Below are positions 40,360 through 51,372 of a stretch of DNA of 64,000 nucleotides, piece after piece. The translations under genes were made by a program, and so were the position numbers. Position 1 is the stretch's first letter, and each line of letters begins with the position of its first letter. The notes under the pieces are model-generated. The model did not search any database. It saw nothing but the letters and a program-made list of their open reading frames with translations, and was not told where the DNA came from. Location: the NCBI GenBank assembly GCA_965237525.1, contig CBDEFO010000007.1, forward strand, positions 608,001 through 672,000, written 5' to 3'. The stretch comes from Candidatus Latescibacterota bacterium (GTDB lineage: Bacteria > Latescibacterota > CBDEFO01).

Positions 40360-43300
40360 ATGAAATCGTTCTTCAGATTTTTTGCAGAACGTCATATACT
40401 GGCGAATCTGGTCACCCTGATGACCATCCTGCTCGGCGTGAGCACCTTTACGCACATCAAACGCGATATATGGCCTCAAGTGGATTTCGGTATAATGATT
40501 ATCACCACTCGCTACCCGGGCGCTTCGCCGGAGGATGTGGAACTGAACGTCACCAATAAGATCGAAGAGGAGTTGAGCGGTGACCGGTATCGAACGGATG
40601 ACCTCTGTTTCCATGGAGAATATCTCAGTCATCACCGTGGTCATCGACCCCGACGCGAGCGATCAGGATGAAATTGAGAATGAAATTCAGGAAGCAGTGG
40701 GCCGTGTTACGGATTTTCCGGTTGAGGTGACCGAATCGCCCCTGGTTACAGAGGTAGAAACCTCAATCTTTCCGGTGATCGAAGTGGGACTTACAGGAGA
40801 TCTGCCCTACAAAGAGCTCCGGGAAATCGCCAGAAGATTTGAGAAGAAACTGGAGGCTATTCCCGGCGTATCGAGCGTAAAGAAGTATGGTTACCTTGCC
40901 CGGGAGATCGAGGTAGAGGTCTCCCCTTCTGCGATCCGTGAGTATCAGATCCCTTTGCGAGAGATTATCACAGCTATTCAAGGTCGCAACATCCGCGCTA
41001 CAGGCGGTTCCTTTGAATCCTATACCAGCGAAAAGAACCTGGTCACTCTGGCTCAGTTTAAAGACCCCATCGAAGTGGGGGACGTCATTGTCCGATCCAC
41101 CTTCGAGGGACCTCTCATCAAAGTGAAGGACCTGGCGATTGTGAGGGACGGCTTTGAGGACGAGAGAATTCTCTCCCGTATGAACGGCAAGCAAGCAATT
41201 TCCTTTGAGGTCAAGAAAAAAGAGAGCGCCGATGCCATTCGAACCGTTGATGCCGTCAGGGAACTTGCCAAAAAAGAAAGCGAGAATCTCCCCCAGGGCG
41301 TTGAGATTCTCTATTCTAACGATTTCTCTCGTTATGTTCGTAATCGCTTCGATGTCGTCCGCACTAATGGTCTGATCGGTCTTGTATTCGTAATCATTAT
41401 GTTGTCCCTTTTTCTCACTATTCGCAATGCATTTTGGGTCGCCATAGGCATCCCCGTGGCTTTGCTGGGTACGATCTTCCTGATGCCCCTCTTCGACGTC
41501 TATCTGGATAGCATCTCTCTTGCCGCCATGATCATAGTGATAGGGATCATTGTAGATGACGGGATTATTATCGCTGAAAACATACAACGCCACCGAGAGA
41601 AAGGGAAACCGCCACTGGAGGCGGCTGTAGAAGGGATACGAGAAGTTTTTCCACCGGTTCTAACCACCATCCTCACTACGTTCTTAGCCTTTGCCCCTAT
41701 GTTCTTCATGTCGGGCATGATGGGAAAATTCGTCTTTGTCATTCCCCTGGTGATCACCCTGGCTCTGTTCATCTCTCTCTTTGAGGTGATCGTAGCTCTA
41801 CCGGCCCATCTCATCAAGGGGTTTCGCCACGGCCCGGGAGGAAAAGTCAGACCTCTACGTCGAAATTGGTTCCAGCTCGTAGAAGATCCCTTCCAGCGTA
41901 TACTATCTCGCCTTCTTCGATTCCGATACGCTCTGGTCGGACTATTCGTCCTTCTCCTTGCGGGCTCTCTCTGGTATGCCGCTAAGTTTATGAAATTTGA
42001 ACTTTTTTCGTCCAGTACGGCAGAGCAATTCATGATTCTCATGGAACTTCCAACGGGAACGTAACTGCAAGCCACTTCCGACAAAGTGAAAGAGACCGAA
42101 GAGTTAGTAGCAGGTTTGCCTGAGGGTGAGTTGGAATCATTCGTCACCCGGGTTGGAAGTCAGGAAGTGTTGCAGGCATCGGGGTTCCCGCCTGGCGAGA
42201 ACGAAAACTGGGCTTTTATAAATATCAGCCTTAGCCCCTTCACTGAACGATCAAGGCTTGCAGACGAGATTGTGAAGGACCTTCGACAGAAGACCAATAA
42301 ACTCCAGGGATTTGATAGAATCATTTATTCTGTTGAGGTAGGTGGGCCTCCTGTCGGAAAACCGATCACCTTCCGGGTGGTTGGATCCAACGATGCACAA
42401 AGGAGGGAGCTTGCCGATTCCGTAGAAGTCTTTCTGGGAAAGTTAGAAGGTGTGAAGGACATTCACAGGAACGACAGCGTGGGAAAAGAGCAGGTCGAGA
42501 TCAAGATCAACTACGACAAACTCTCAAGGCTGGGCCTCACTGTAGCCGATGTGGCGCAGAATGTTCGCATCGCCTATGACGGTGAGGTGGTGACCAGCGT
42601 GCGCTACGGCGACGAAGACGTGGATTTTCGCGTATTGCTTCAGGAGAAAGCTCGCAAAAGACCCAAATATCTGAATGAGCTCCCCATCCCCAATCGGAGG
42701 GGACGCCTCATCCCCTTGAAAGAGGTCGCTTGGTTCAAAACAGGTCCCGGTCCCTCCAATTACTACCACTTTGATGAGGAACGAGCAATTACGATTACGG
42801 CCGACATCACCAAAGACAAAACGACTCCCTTAGAGGCTACTAGTGCTATCGTTGCCCATTTCAACCTGGACACAGATTGGCCGGGCATGCGATTTGTTGT
42901 GGGGGGACAAGCGGAGGAGACTCAGAAATCGATGGTCAGTCTTTTTAAGGCATTTGTTCTCGCAATTGTCGCGGTCTATTTCCTTCTCATACTCCTCTTT
43001 AACTCTCCAACCCAGCCGATCACAGTTATGATGGCCATCCCTTTCGGGATTATGGGCGTCATCTTGGCGTTTGCTCTCCACGGTGAAGCGCTCGGTTTTG
43101 TGGCAATGATGGGTGTGATCGGCCTTGTTGGTGTTTTGGTCAACGACTCCTTAGTCCTGGTCAGCCACATCAATAGGCTTAGACGGCAAAGACCCGATGA
43201 AAGCATCACCAAACTGGTGGCGGAAGGCACCTCTGATCGCCTGCGAGCGGTTGTATTGACGACTCTGACAACCGTTGTGGGACTCCTGCCGCTGGCCTAT

Positions 43301-43456
43301 GGTCTTGGCGGGAGTGATCCGTGGATGGCTCCCATGGCTTTAGCATTGGCTTATGGCCTATTGTTCGCCACCCCTCTTACCCTGATCCTGGTTCCCTGTC
43401 TTTATGCAATCGGTCAAGACCTAGGAAGGATTTTCAGGAGAGGCGAAAAGGGATAA
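40360..43456 (+). pseudogene. RND (AcrB-like) efflux permease with a frameshift and a nonsense codon
   Basis: 'YPGASPEDVE..VT..IE', 'GIIVDDGIII.EN', 'VLVNDSLVLV', 'RLRAV.LTTLTT'; frameshift ~40578; in-frame TAA at 42062-42064 (GT*LQATS). Confidence 0.9.
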
Positions 43457-43518
43457 ACGTAATGGAAAAGTTGAAAACAGCGCGGCATCACATTTCGTGG
43501 CGAAAGTGTAGTCTTGTG

Positions 43519-43704
43519 TCTGCGGTCGAAGAACTATCCTTAAAGGACATAGTAGATGACCTTATGCACGGTATAAATATCCCTGTCTTATCCGATCTTC
43601 CCCACGGGTATTTTGCAAGTAGGGTCGTTCTTCCCATAGGCGTAAATGCCAGCATAGACGGGAATAGAGGTAAGTTGGCAATGACTGAGAAAGCAGTAGA
43701 TTAG
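43519..43704 (+). repeat. Diverged duplicate of the ldcA 3' end (matches ~38603-38788)
   Basis: 'SAVEELSLKDIVDDLMHGINIPVLSDLPHGYFASRVVLPIGVNASIDGNRGKLAMTEKAVD*'; offset 4916 bp. Confidence 0.92.
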
Positions 43705-43869
43705 GCAATTTAAACGAATCACTGCCGAGTTACGTGCAGTAATTTCAACTGAGGCAGAACCAGTTCTTTTAAGTGGACATATGGTCAGAAATCGGCGAAA
43801 TAGCCTGAATGTAGGTGCTCTATTATACAGATGTTTACATAAAACAATTATAGGAACTGGAAAAAATAC

Positions 43870-43898
43870 TTGACAAAAGCCCCTTGATTAACTACATT
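43870..43898 (+). promoter_or_regulatory. sigma70 promoter
   Basis: TTGACA-N17-TACATT with an A-rich upstream tract. Confidence 0.72.
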
Positions 43899-43903
43899 TA
43901 TTC

Positions 43904-44021
43904 GGAATAATGGTGTGAGACTAACTCCAGCGCCATAGTCCACCTTAGGTGCAAGTGTCCCATCTCCATTATTCAACAACACTGATAGCGTGCTAGTTTA
44001 GGCTGGCACGCTATTTTTTTT
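43904..44021 (+). ncRNA. Candidate structured sRNA or orphan riboswitch leader, family unknown
   Basis: Starts ~6 nt after the -10; GAATAATGG/CCATTATTC closing helix with internal hairpins; ends in an intrinsic terminator. Confidence 0.55.
43985..44021 (+). terminator. Rho-independent terminator
   Basis: ATAGCGTGCTAG-tttagg-CTGGCACGCTAT followed by a T-run. Confidence 0.85.
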
Positions 44022-44183
44022 GATTGCAGTTTAAATGGACGTTCGCGACAACTCTGAACATCATTTGTAGTGTCTATGCTGTTTCCTTTATCTCTACCCA
44101 GGTGTAATCGCTGTACCTACTTTCCGCCGCTATGCCATATCTGCACTTCTGGGAATCTGCAAATTAGGGACTTTCTGCTATTT

Positions 44184-45305
44184 TCAGGGTTCAATCACGA
44201 CCTTTATCACACCCTCAGTGCCCGTTATCTTTATTCCTTCCTCTAAATCGTCCAATTTCATCTGATGCGTCACGAACTCATCTAAGGGGGCATCTGTCTT
44301 CTGGAGGAAGGACAGGGCTGTCTTAAACTGCATGGGAGGATATGCCCATACACCTAAGATGTCCACGTCTTTATTGCACACAACGTGAGGTCTTATTTCA
44401 ACTCCTCCGGGGTCTGTATAATGCCCCAACTCTATCAATTTACCCCCTCTTCTGACCATGTCCAGACCCTCTTTGAACGCTCCCGGAACACCCGCGCACT
44501 CTATCACGACATCTGCGCCTACTCCTTCTGTTAGTTCTTTCACAGCTTTCGTGCGCTCTTCTTCGGAAAGCTCTGCCGCGTTTATGGTGTAATCTGCGCC
44601 CATCTTCCTTGAAGCTTCCAATCTGTCCTCGCTGAAATCCAAAGCGATTATGTTTCCGGCCCCTGTGTGCTTCAGGACGGCCACAACCAGAAGCCCGATA
44701 GGTCCGACGCCTATCACAGAGGCACTTTTGCCTATGCCGTAACCCTCGCCTATATACGGAATACCAACAGGATACGCCCTCTCCACAGCCCTGGTCGCCA
44801 CGGCCGCAGGTTCGGTCAGTGCGGCGATATGATCGGGCATATCGTCAGGTATCTTAAATACATTTGATTTGGAATGCAGATACATAAACTCCGAAAATCC
44901 TCCACAAAGATGCGGCTCGCTTTCGCAGTTGGAAAAGCCATATATAGTCCTGTTGGGACACAGAAAGGGCTTGTGCGGTATATTAACGCAGAAATAGCAC
45001 TTTCCGCATCCTGTCGAACTGGGCGTCGTAGTTATCCGGTCGCCCTCTACTATCGGACCGCCTACGACAGTCATAAGGTCGTTTGCCTTTTCTCCCATCT
45101 TTTCGACTGTCCCTGTAAGCTCGTGTCCAGGAATAACCGGAAAGTTCAAAGACGAATGTCCCAGATACATGTGCTTATCGCTCCCGCATATTCCGACTCG
45201 GTCGATTCTCAAAAGTATGGAATTGGCCTTTATATCCGGCTTTTTGAAGTCCTGAATTTCAATATTTCCCGGCTCCACCATAACGGCTGCTCTTACGTTC
45301 GACAT
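44184..45305 (-). CDS. Zn-dependent medium-chain (sorbitol/threonine-type) dehydrogenase
   Basis: 'GICGSD.H', 'PGHE..G', 'CGKCYFC', 'G.GPIGL'. Confidence 0.92.
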   Translation of the reverse strand: MSNVRAAVMVEPGNIEIQDFKKPDIKANSILLRIDRVGICGSDKHMYLGHSSLNFPVIPGHELTGTVEKMGEKANDLMTVVGGPIVEGDRITTTPSSTGCGKCYFCVNIPHKPFLCPNRTIYGFSNCESEPHLCGGFSEFMYLHSKSNVFKIPDDMPDHIAALTEPAAVATRAVERAYPVGIPYIGEGYGIGKSASVIGVGPIGLLVVAVLKHTGAGNIIALDFSEDRLEASRKMGADYTINAAELSEEERTKAVKELTEGVGADVVIECAGVPGAFKEGLDMVRRGGKLIELGHYTDPGGVEIRPHVVCNKDVDILGVWAYPPMQFKTALSFLQKTDAPLDEFVTHQMKLDDLEEGIKITGTEGVIKVVIEP

Positions 45306-45318
45306 CTTGCAATCCTTT

Positions 45319-45882
45319 TTAAGGGTTCTGTCTTACTACATTCATTCTTTCTATCTTATCTATAACTTTGAAACAGTACTCCTTTGATGGACAGAGGAGC
45401 TTTCGCCAATCGGGGTCATCGTACATTTGCTTCAACCTATCTGCCTTGAAGAACTCTATCTTGGAAATCTCCTCGTTCTGAATTTCAAATCGGTCTATCT
45501 TCCAGTCAAGATTTAGAAAATAGACTTTTTGGAACTCCCTGTCCAATATTCCCTTGGACTCATCGTATTCCTGTACGCTGTGTTTCCACAGAAACGTCAG
45601 TTCCTCCGGGCCGACTTCCACTCCTAACTCCTCCTCTAACTCCCTTATAGCCGCGCTTTCGTAGTCCTCGCCCGCTTTCAGGTGTCCCGCTGAGGATACG
45701 TCCCACAGATTCGCGAACGTCTCTTTATCTGGAGATCTTTTCTGAAGGAGTATTTCTCCCTTATAGTTCAAAATCCATACATTGGCTACTCTATGCCACC
45801 TGCCATCATTATGGACGTGACTTTTTAATTTGATTTCGATAAGATTATCGTTTTCGTCTACTACGTCTACGTACTCGTCCAT
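45319..45882 (-). CDS. NUDIX hydrolase (IDI-like)
   Basis: 'HR.ANVW..LLQKRS..K..F...WD.S.AGH..AGE....AA.RELEEELG'. Confidence 0.88.
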   Translation of the reverse strand: MDEYVDVVDENDNLIEIKLKSHVHNDGRWHRVANVWILNYKGEILLQKRSPDKETFANLWDVSSAGHLKAGEDYESAAIRELEEELGVEVGPEELTFLWKHSVQEYDESKGILDREFQKVYFLNLDWKIDRFEIQNEEISKIEFFKADRLKQMYDDPDWRKLLCPSKEYCFKVIDKIERMNVVRQNP

Positions 45883-45937
45883 AATTATGCTTCGTTCATC
45901 CGTAAGGCAAAAAGCTACACCTACTTGTTCACGGACT

Positions 45938-46039
45938 AAGTTAAGCTCTATCAAGCGGGGAGTCAAGATCTTTTTGCGCTTCCTGTTTTTGTCTAACGAT
46001 TAATTATGCTTGACAGTCTTATGCTTGGTTAATTATCTT
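45938..46039. promoter_or_regulatory. Divergent sigma70-like promoters
   Basis: Minus strand TTGACT-N17-TAACTT (45938-45966); plus strand TTGACA-N18-TATCTT (46010-46039). Confidence 0.55.
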
Positions 46040-46104
46040 GGATGGTGAACCTATGTCAAATAGAACTTGGCAATGCTGAAAGGTTGAAAGAAAGGAGGGG
46101 TGTG

Positions 46105-49100
46105 ATGAGCTTCCGCGACTGAGCCAAAAATGCTTTCTTGCTGATAGCAGTTTTGTTGATCGCTATTCCTCGCCTCTCCTACAGCCGGACGATCACCGTA
46201 CCCCCATCGAGGTAGCCGATTATCCGACCATCGGTCAGGCTATGGCGACAGCTTTGTCGGGGGATACCATTCGGGTCAGCCCCGGGACGTATCGGGAGTC
46301 GGTGGGGTTGAAGTCGGGTGTGGTGGTGTTGGGAAATGGCTACGAGAATACCCGCATTGAGATAGACATTCTGGCCAATCCTGTGTACGCTGTGAACGTC
46401 TCGGATGCCAAGATCTCAGGCTTTACCCTCGCCTACACGGGCACCGAGATACCAGCTACGGTCTATGTCCAGTCCTCCCGGGTGACGATCTCCAATTGCC
46501 GGATTCTCAACACCACAGTTTCGGGGGTCTACGCTATAGAGGAATCCGAAGTGACTGTCGAAGGCTGTATTGTGGAACAGAACGAAGGCCACGGCGTTGT
46601 CATATCTGGCGGTTCGAAGGGGAGTATTCGGGACAGTCAGATCCAGGCTAACCGGTTGGATGGTCTCATCTTCGCCGGAGCGTCATTCGGGGACGTGATG
46701 GGGAATACCGTTACTGGAAACCGTGCTAACGGGATAGAGGTATATGGAGCAGGACCTGTGACGATTTCTGGCAACGTGACATCGGCTAACACCTATACTG
46801 GTATCCGGGCAGCGGACACCTCGCAAGTGGACATTCAGGGGAACACGGTAGTGGAGAATGGGACGTATGGGGTGTTGGTTCAGTCAGGGAGCGTGGCTAC
46901 TCTAGTGGACAATCTCGTGGAACGGAACATGGCTTCTGGCATCGTCATGACTGGTGGTTCACAGGGGAGTATCCGGAACAGTCAGATCCAGGACAACCAG
47001 GTAGATGGGCTTTTTTTCGGTGGAGCGTCGTTTGGAGAGGTAACGGGCAACACTGTGACCGGGAATGGAGCCAACGGGGTTGAGGTGATTGGAGCAGGTC
47101 CGGTGACGATGTTCGGCAACGTGACATCGGGCAACACCTACGCTGGTATCAGAGCGGCGGACACCTCGCAAGTGGACGTTCGGGGGAGCACCACAATTGA
47201 GAATGGGACGTATGGGGTGTTGGTTCAGTCAGGGAGCGTGGTCTCCATCGTGGACAATATTGTGGTCTGGAATTCGATTGGTGGTATCTACACGAAGGGT
47301 GGAGAGGCGGGGGATGGGATCATCTCGGAGATCGGTTACAACGATGTCTGGGACAACGGCGTCACGGTTCAAATGACCGGCAACTTATCCAACTACCAGG
47401 GTCTTCAGGCGCCAGCAGAGGACATGTCCGTCAACCCTTTCTTTTTAGACGATGCGGCAGGGGACTATCGCCTGCGGTCCAATTCGACCCTGATCGGTGC
47501 GGGAAGGGACGGAGGGACCGTCGGCGCACTGGGCATTGTGTCCCCTAAAGAGGAAAGTGCCGTCCCTTCACCGGTCTTCATCCGGGCGTTTCCTGACACT
47601 GCCTACTGGACGCTGCTGCAGGGACAGGCCTGGCTGAGCGTGGATATCTACATCATGGTGGGGAACCTCGTCAGCTTTATACCGGACGAAGTGGAAGTGA
47701 GGTTCTTCGGGGAGGACGGGGGTATCGTCGTGTCAGAACGCATCCCGGCCTCGGACTTCAGAGCGACATCTGCTGCAATCGAGACGGATGTGACGAACCT
47801 TTGGATGGTGTGGGATGCGACGCTGACAGAGCTGAAATCCCCAACGCCCCTGGAGGTTCCCCCAGGAGGACGGTCCATTTTTCTTCCCAAAGAGCACCCC
47901 TTTCCCCAGGCCGATCTCCCGGTGAGAGCTGAGTACGTAGTCCGGGGGCAGGAGGGGGGCAGAACCGTAGAACTGGTGCGCGAAGTCGTCCCTGAAATCT
48001 ACCGTCAGCGCACTGACCTTCGCTTCCCCATGCGCGGGGGTGGATGGCAGGTCATCGCTGGCCCCCCTCAGGACAATCACCGGCACCGTGCGACAACTTT
48101 CCGGCGCAGAACCCTGGCGATGCCCGGCCGCTACGCGATGGACATCTGGAGGAGCTACCGGGGGTACGGGGCTCCCATGTATGCACCGGGGGTCGGCCGT
48201 GTCGTCTTTGTGAGGAACGACGCAGATGAGCCGGCCTTCGGAGAGGAGATTCCCGGGGGTGAGTCCAACACCGTCGTGATCGACCACCAGAACTGCGAGT
48301 ACAGCTTTATGCTCCATCTTAAGAGGGGCTCGGTGGCGGTAGAGGTCGGACAGTGGGTGGAACAAGGCGATCTCATAGGGGCGCTGGGCAATTCGTTCGA
48401 CAGGTGGAACGTCCCCCACCTCCACTTTGAGGTCAGGGACAGCTACATTTGGCCGGGTGAGGGCCTTCCGGTGGCCTTCACCGGAGGAAGGATCCTGGGC
48501 ACGGAGATTCAGGACGGCATGCTATTCAGTGGGGCTTTCTTTGAGAAGGAATCCCTCGGGCCGGTTCTCCACGTGGCGGCAGACTGGAGTGCGGACTACA
48601 GGACCATTAGTGACGCGATGGCCGTGGCTGTCATGGGTGATACAGTGCGGGTAGCTCCGGGCACATATCGGGAGACTGTATGGTTGAAGTCCGGGGTGGT
48701 GGTGCTGGGAAGTGGCTACGAGGGTACCCGCATAGAGATAGACATTCTGGCCAACCCTGTATACGCCGTGAACGTCTCAGATGCCAAGATCTCCGGCTTT
48801 ACCCTCGCCTACACCGGCACGGAGTCACCGGTCACGGTCTTTGTCGACTCCTCCCAGGTGACGGTCGCCAACTGCCGGATTACCAACACCACGGTTTCAG
48901 GGGTCTACGCCGTGAATGGATCTAAAGTGACCGTCGAAGGGTGTCTTTTGGAACAGAATGAGGGTTTTGGTATTGCCATATATGGTGGTTTCGGAGGGGT
49001 ATATCTGGGACAATCAGATCCGGGATAACCGGTTGAATGGGGTTGTCTATGCCGAAGCGTCCTTTGGGGAGCTGATGGGGAACACTATCACCGGGAATAA

Positions 49101-50439
49101 GGCCAACGGACTGGTGATCGCTGGTTCCGGAGCGGTGACCGTTACCGGCAACGTGCTTGCGCGAAACAGCTGGGCGGGCATCATAAGTCTTACGGAGTCC
49201 GAATTGGAGGTTCGGGGAAACACGATCGTGGAGAACGGGACGTATGGGATTTTGGTTCTGTCGAGGAGTGTGGCTTCCATCGTAGACAATATCGCGGCCA
49301 GCAATCTGATCGGGATTTCCGTACAGGGCGGCGAAGAGGGAGATGGCGTTGTCTCGGAGATCGGGTACAATGATGTATGGAATAACCGTAGTGGAAACTA
49401 CTTAGGGTTTCCCTCTAGCCCTGAGTTGGATCTCTCCGTAGACCCACGATTCGTCGATGCGGAGGCCGGCGATTACCACTTATGGAGCGACTCTCCTTTA
49501 CTCGGAGCTGGGAAAGACGGAGGTACAATCGGAGCGTTCGGTATTCTGGAGGCCAGACGTCTGCTGGGAGACGTGACGGACAATGGTGTGGTAACAGCCT
49601 ACGATGCTGTCCATATTCTCCAGCACACAGTGGGACTGCAGGCGTTGACCGGTGAGGATTCTGTAGCTGCAGATGTGAGTGGTGACACCACTATCTCTGC
49701 GTACGATGCTTCGCTGGTGCTGCAATATGTAGTCGGGCAAATCTCTCGTCTCCCTGTGAGGGGAGGACAGACAGCAAAGGTAGCATATGCCACTCGGACG
49801 GTCTGGATGGGTGAGATGAAGGCGTTGTCGGATGGACGGCTGTGTCTGCCCATCTTGATAGACGAGATGGACGGTGTGGTCGCTGGAGAGATGAGGCTGT
49901 CCGTTGAGGGCAATGAAGGAAATGTGACGGTCAGAAGCACGGTCATCACTTCCGACTATCTGCTTGCCAGCAACGTCCAGAACGGTCGCATCAGAGCATC
50001 GTTCGCGGGAGCCGAGTCGAGTACCGGCCCCGGGCCGGTGCTGGAGGTTGTGTTCGCTGCATGGGACGCCGGACTCCTGGGTACCTTGAGGCTGGAGCGT
50101 GTGTCGCTGAACGAAGGGAGGATACCGGTAAGCATCCAGGGAGTCGCATCTGAGACACCCACAGTGTATCGGCTCAGTCAGAACTATCCAAATCCATTTA
50201 ATTCACAGACAGCGATCCATTATGACCTTCCCATACAAAGCCATGTCAACATATCTGTCTATAATATGATAGGACAGAAGGTTGCAATACTGTTGGATAA
50301 AGGGATAGAAGTAGGTACCTACTCTTTAATCTGGGATGGCAAAGATGACAACGGAGAGGACCTTGCCAGCGGAGTCTATCTGTATCGGATAGAAGCGGAT
50401 GGATTTGTGCAGACAAGGAAGCTGGTCTTGATGCGTTAG
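46105..50439 (+). pseudogene. Large secreted protein: beta-helix + M23 peptidase + beta-helix + dockerin + cohesin-like + FlgD/CTD; disrupted
   Basis: AAGGAGG + ATG 46105; TGA at codon 6; frameshift at C5 run ~46201; extra T at ~48990. M23 motifs 'YAMD', 'MLHL..GS..V..G..V', 'PHLHF'; 'QNYPNPFN' CTD. Confidence 0.85.
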
Positions 50440-50472
50440 GCTTATTTCATAGTAGGAGATGAGGAGTGTAAA

Positions 50473-51348
50473 ATGAGCGGCATAGTCTCTACTTTCAAGA
50501 GAGGAGAAAACAAAATTGTAGTTTACAATATGGATTGTATTGAGGGGATGAGAAACAAGATAGAGAACGGTTCTGTAGATGTCGTTGTAACTTCCCCTCC
50601 GTATAACCTGGGCATCAGATATGAAAAGTACGATGATGCTGTGCCGAGGGAGAAATATCTAAGATGGATCGGAATCTGGGCTGGTGTCGTAAAGGAAATT
50701 CTGAGCGACAAAGGATCTTTGTTCCTGAATATCGGATCGAAGCCCACCGACCCTTGTGTTCCCTTTGAAGTCCTATCTCAGATGAGAAAGCACTTTTGCC
50801 TGCAAAATGTTGTTCACTGGATAAAATCTATCGCTATACAAAAAGAGGAAGTCGGCGACTACCCGGGGATCAGCAGCAATGTGTCTATCGGACACTATAA
50901 GCCTATAAATAGCAATAGATTTGTCAACGACTGCCACGAGTACATCTTTCACCTGACTAAAAATGGCGATGTAGAATTAGATAGATTATCTGTAGGAGTC
51001 GAGTACCAGGACAAATCCAATATTGGGCGGTGGGACTCTGCGAAGGAAGACAGAAGGTGCAGAGGCAACATCTGGTTTGTGTCCTATAAGACGATAAAGG
51101 ATAGAGCAAAGCAGAGGCCTCATCCGGCTACGTTCCCCCTAAAGATCCCTAAAATGTGTATTATGTTGCATGGGGTTGAGAGGACTCGCATTGTGGTCGA
51201 TCCTTTTGTCGGGATCGGTAATTCTGCGCTTGCGTGCGTAGAACTCGGTGTTGACTTTGTGGGATTTGAAATCGACCAGGCGTATTATGAAGAAACATGC
51301 ATGGCAATGGAGAATGTGACAGAGAATGCTCAATTATCGCAGTTGTGA
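50473..51348 (+). CDS. Site-specific DNA methyltransferase (N4C/N6A, beta-class order)
   Basis: Motif IV 'TSPPYN' precedes 'HPATFP' and motif I 'VDPFVGIG'. Confidence 0.92.
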   Translation: MSGIVSTFKRGENKIVVYNMDCIEGMRNKIENGSVDVVVTSPPYNLGIRYEKYDDAVPREKYLRWIGIWAGVVKEILSDKGSLFLNIGSKPTDPCVPFEVLSQMRKHFCLQNVVHWIKSIAIQKEEVGDYPGISSNVSIGHYKPINSNRFVNDCHEYIFHLTKNGDVELDRLSVGVEYQDKSNIGRWDSAKEDRRCRGNIWFVSYKTIKDRAKQRPHPATFPLKIPKMCIMLHGVERTRIVVDPFVGIGNSALACVELGVDFVGFEIDQAYYEETCMAMENVTENAQLSQL

Positions 51349-51372
51349 ACTCAAGGAAAAAGGAGAGGTGCT

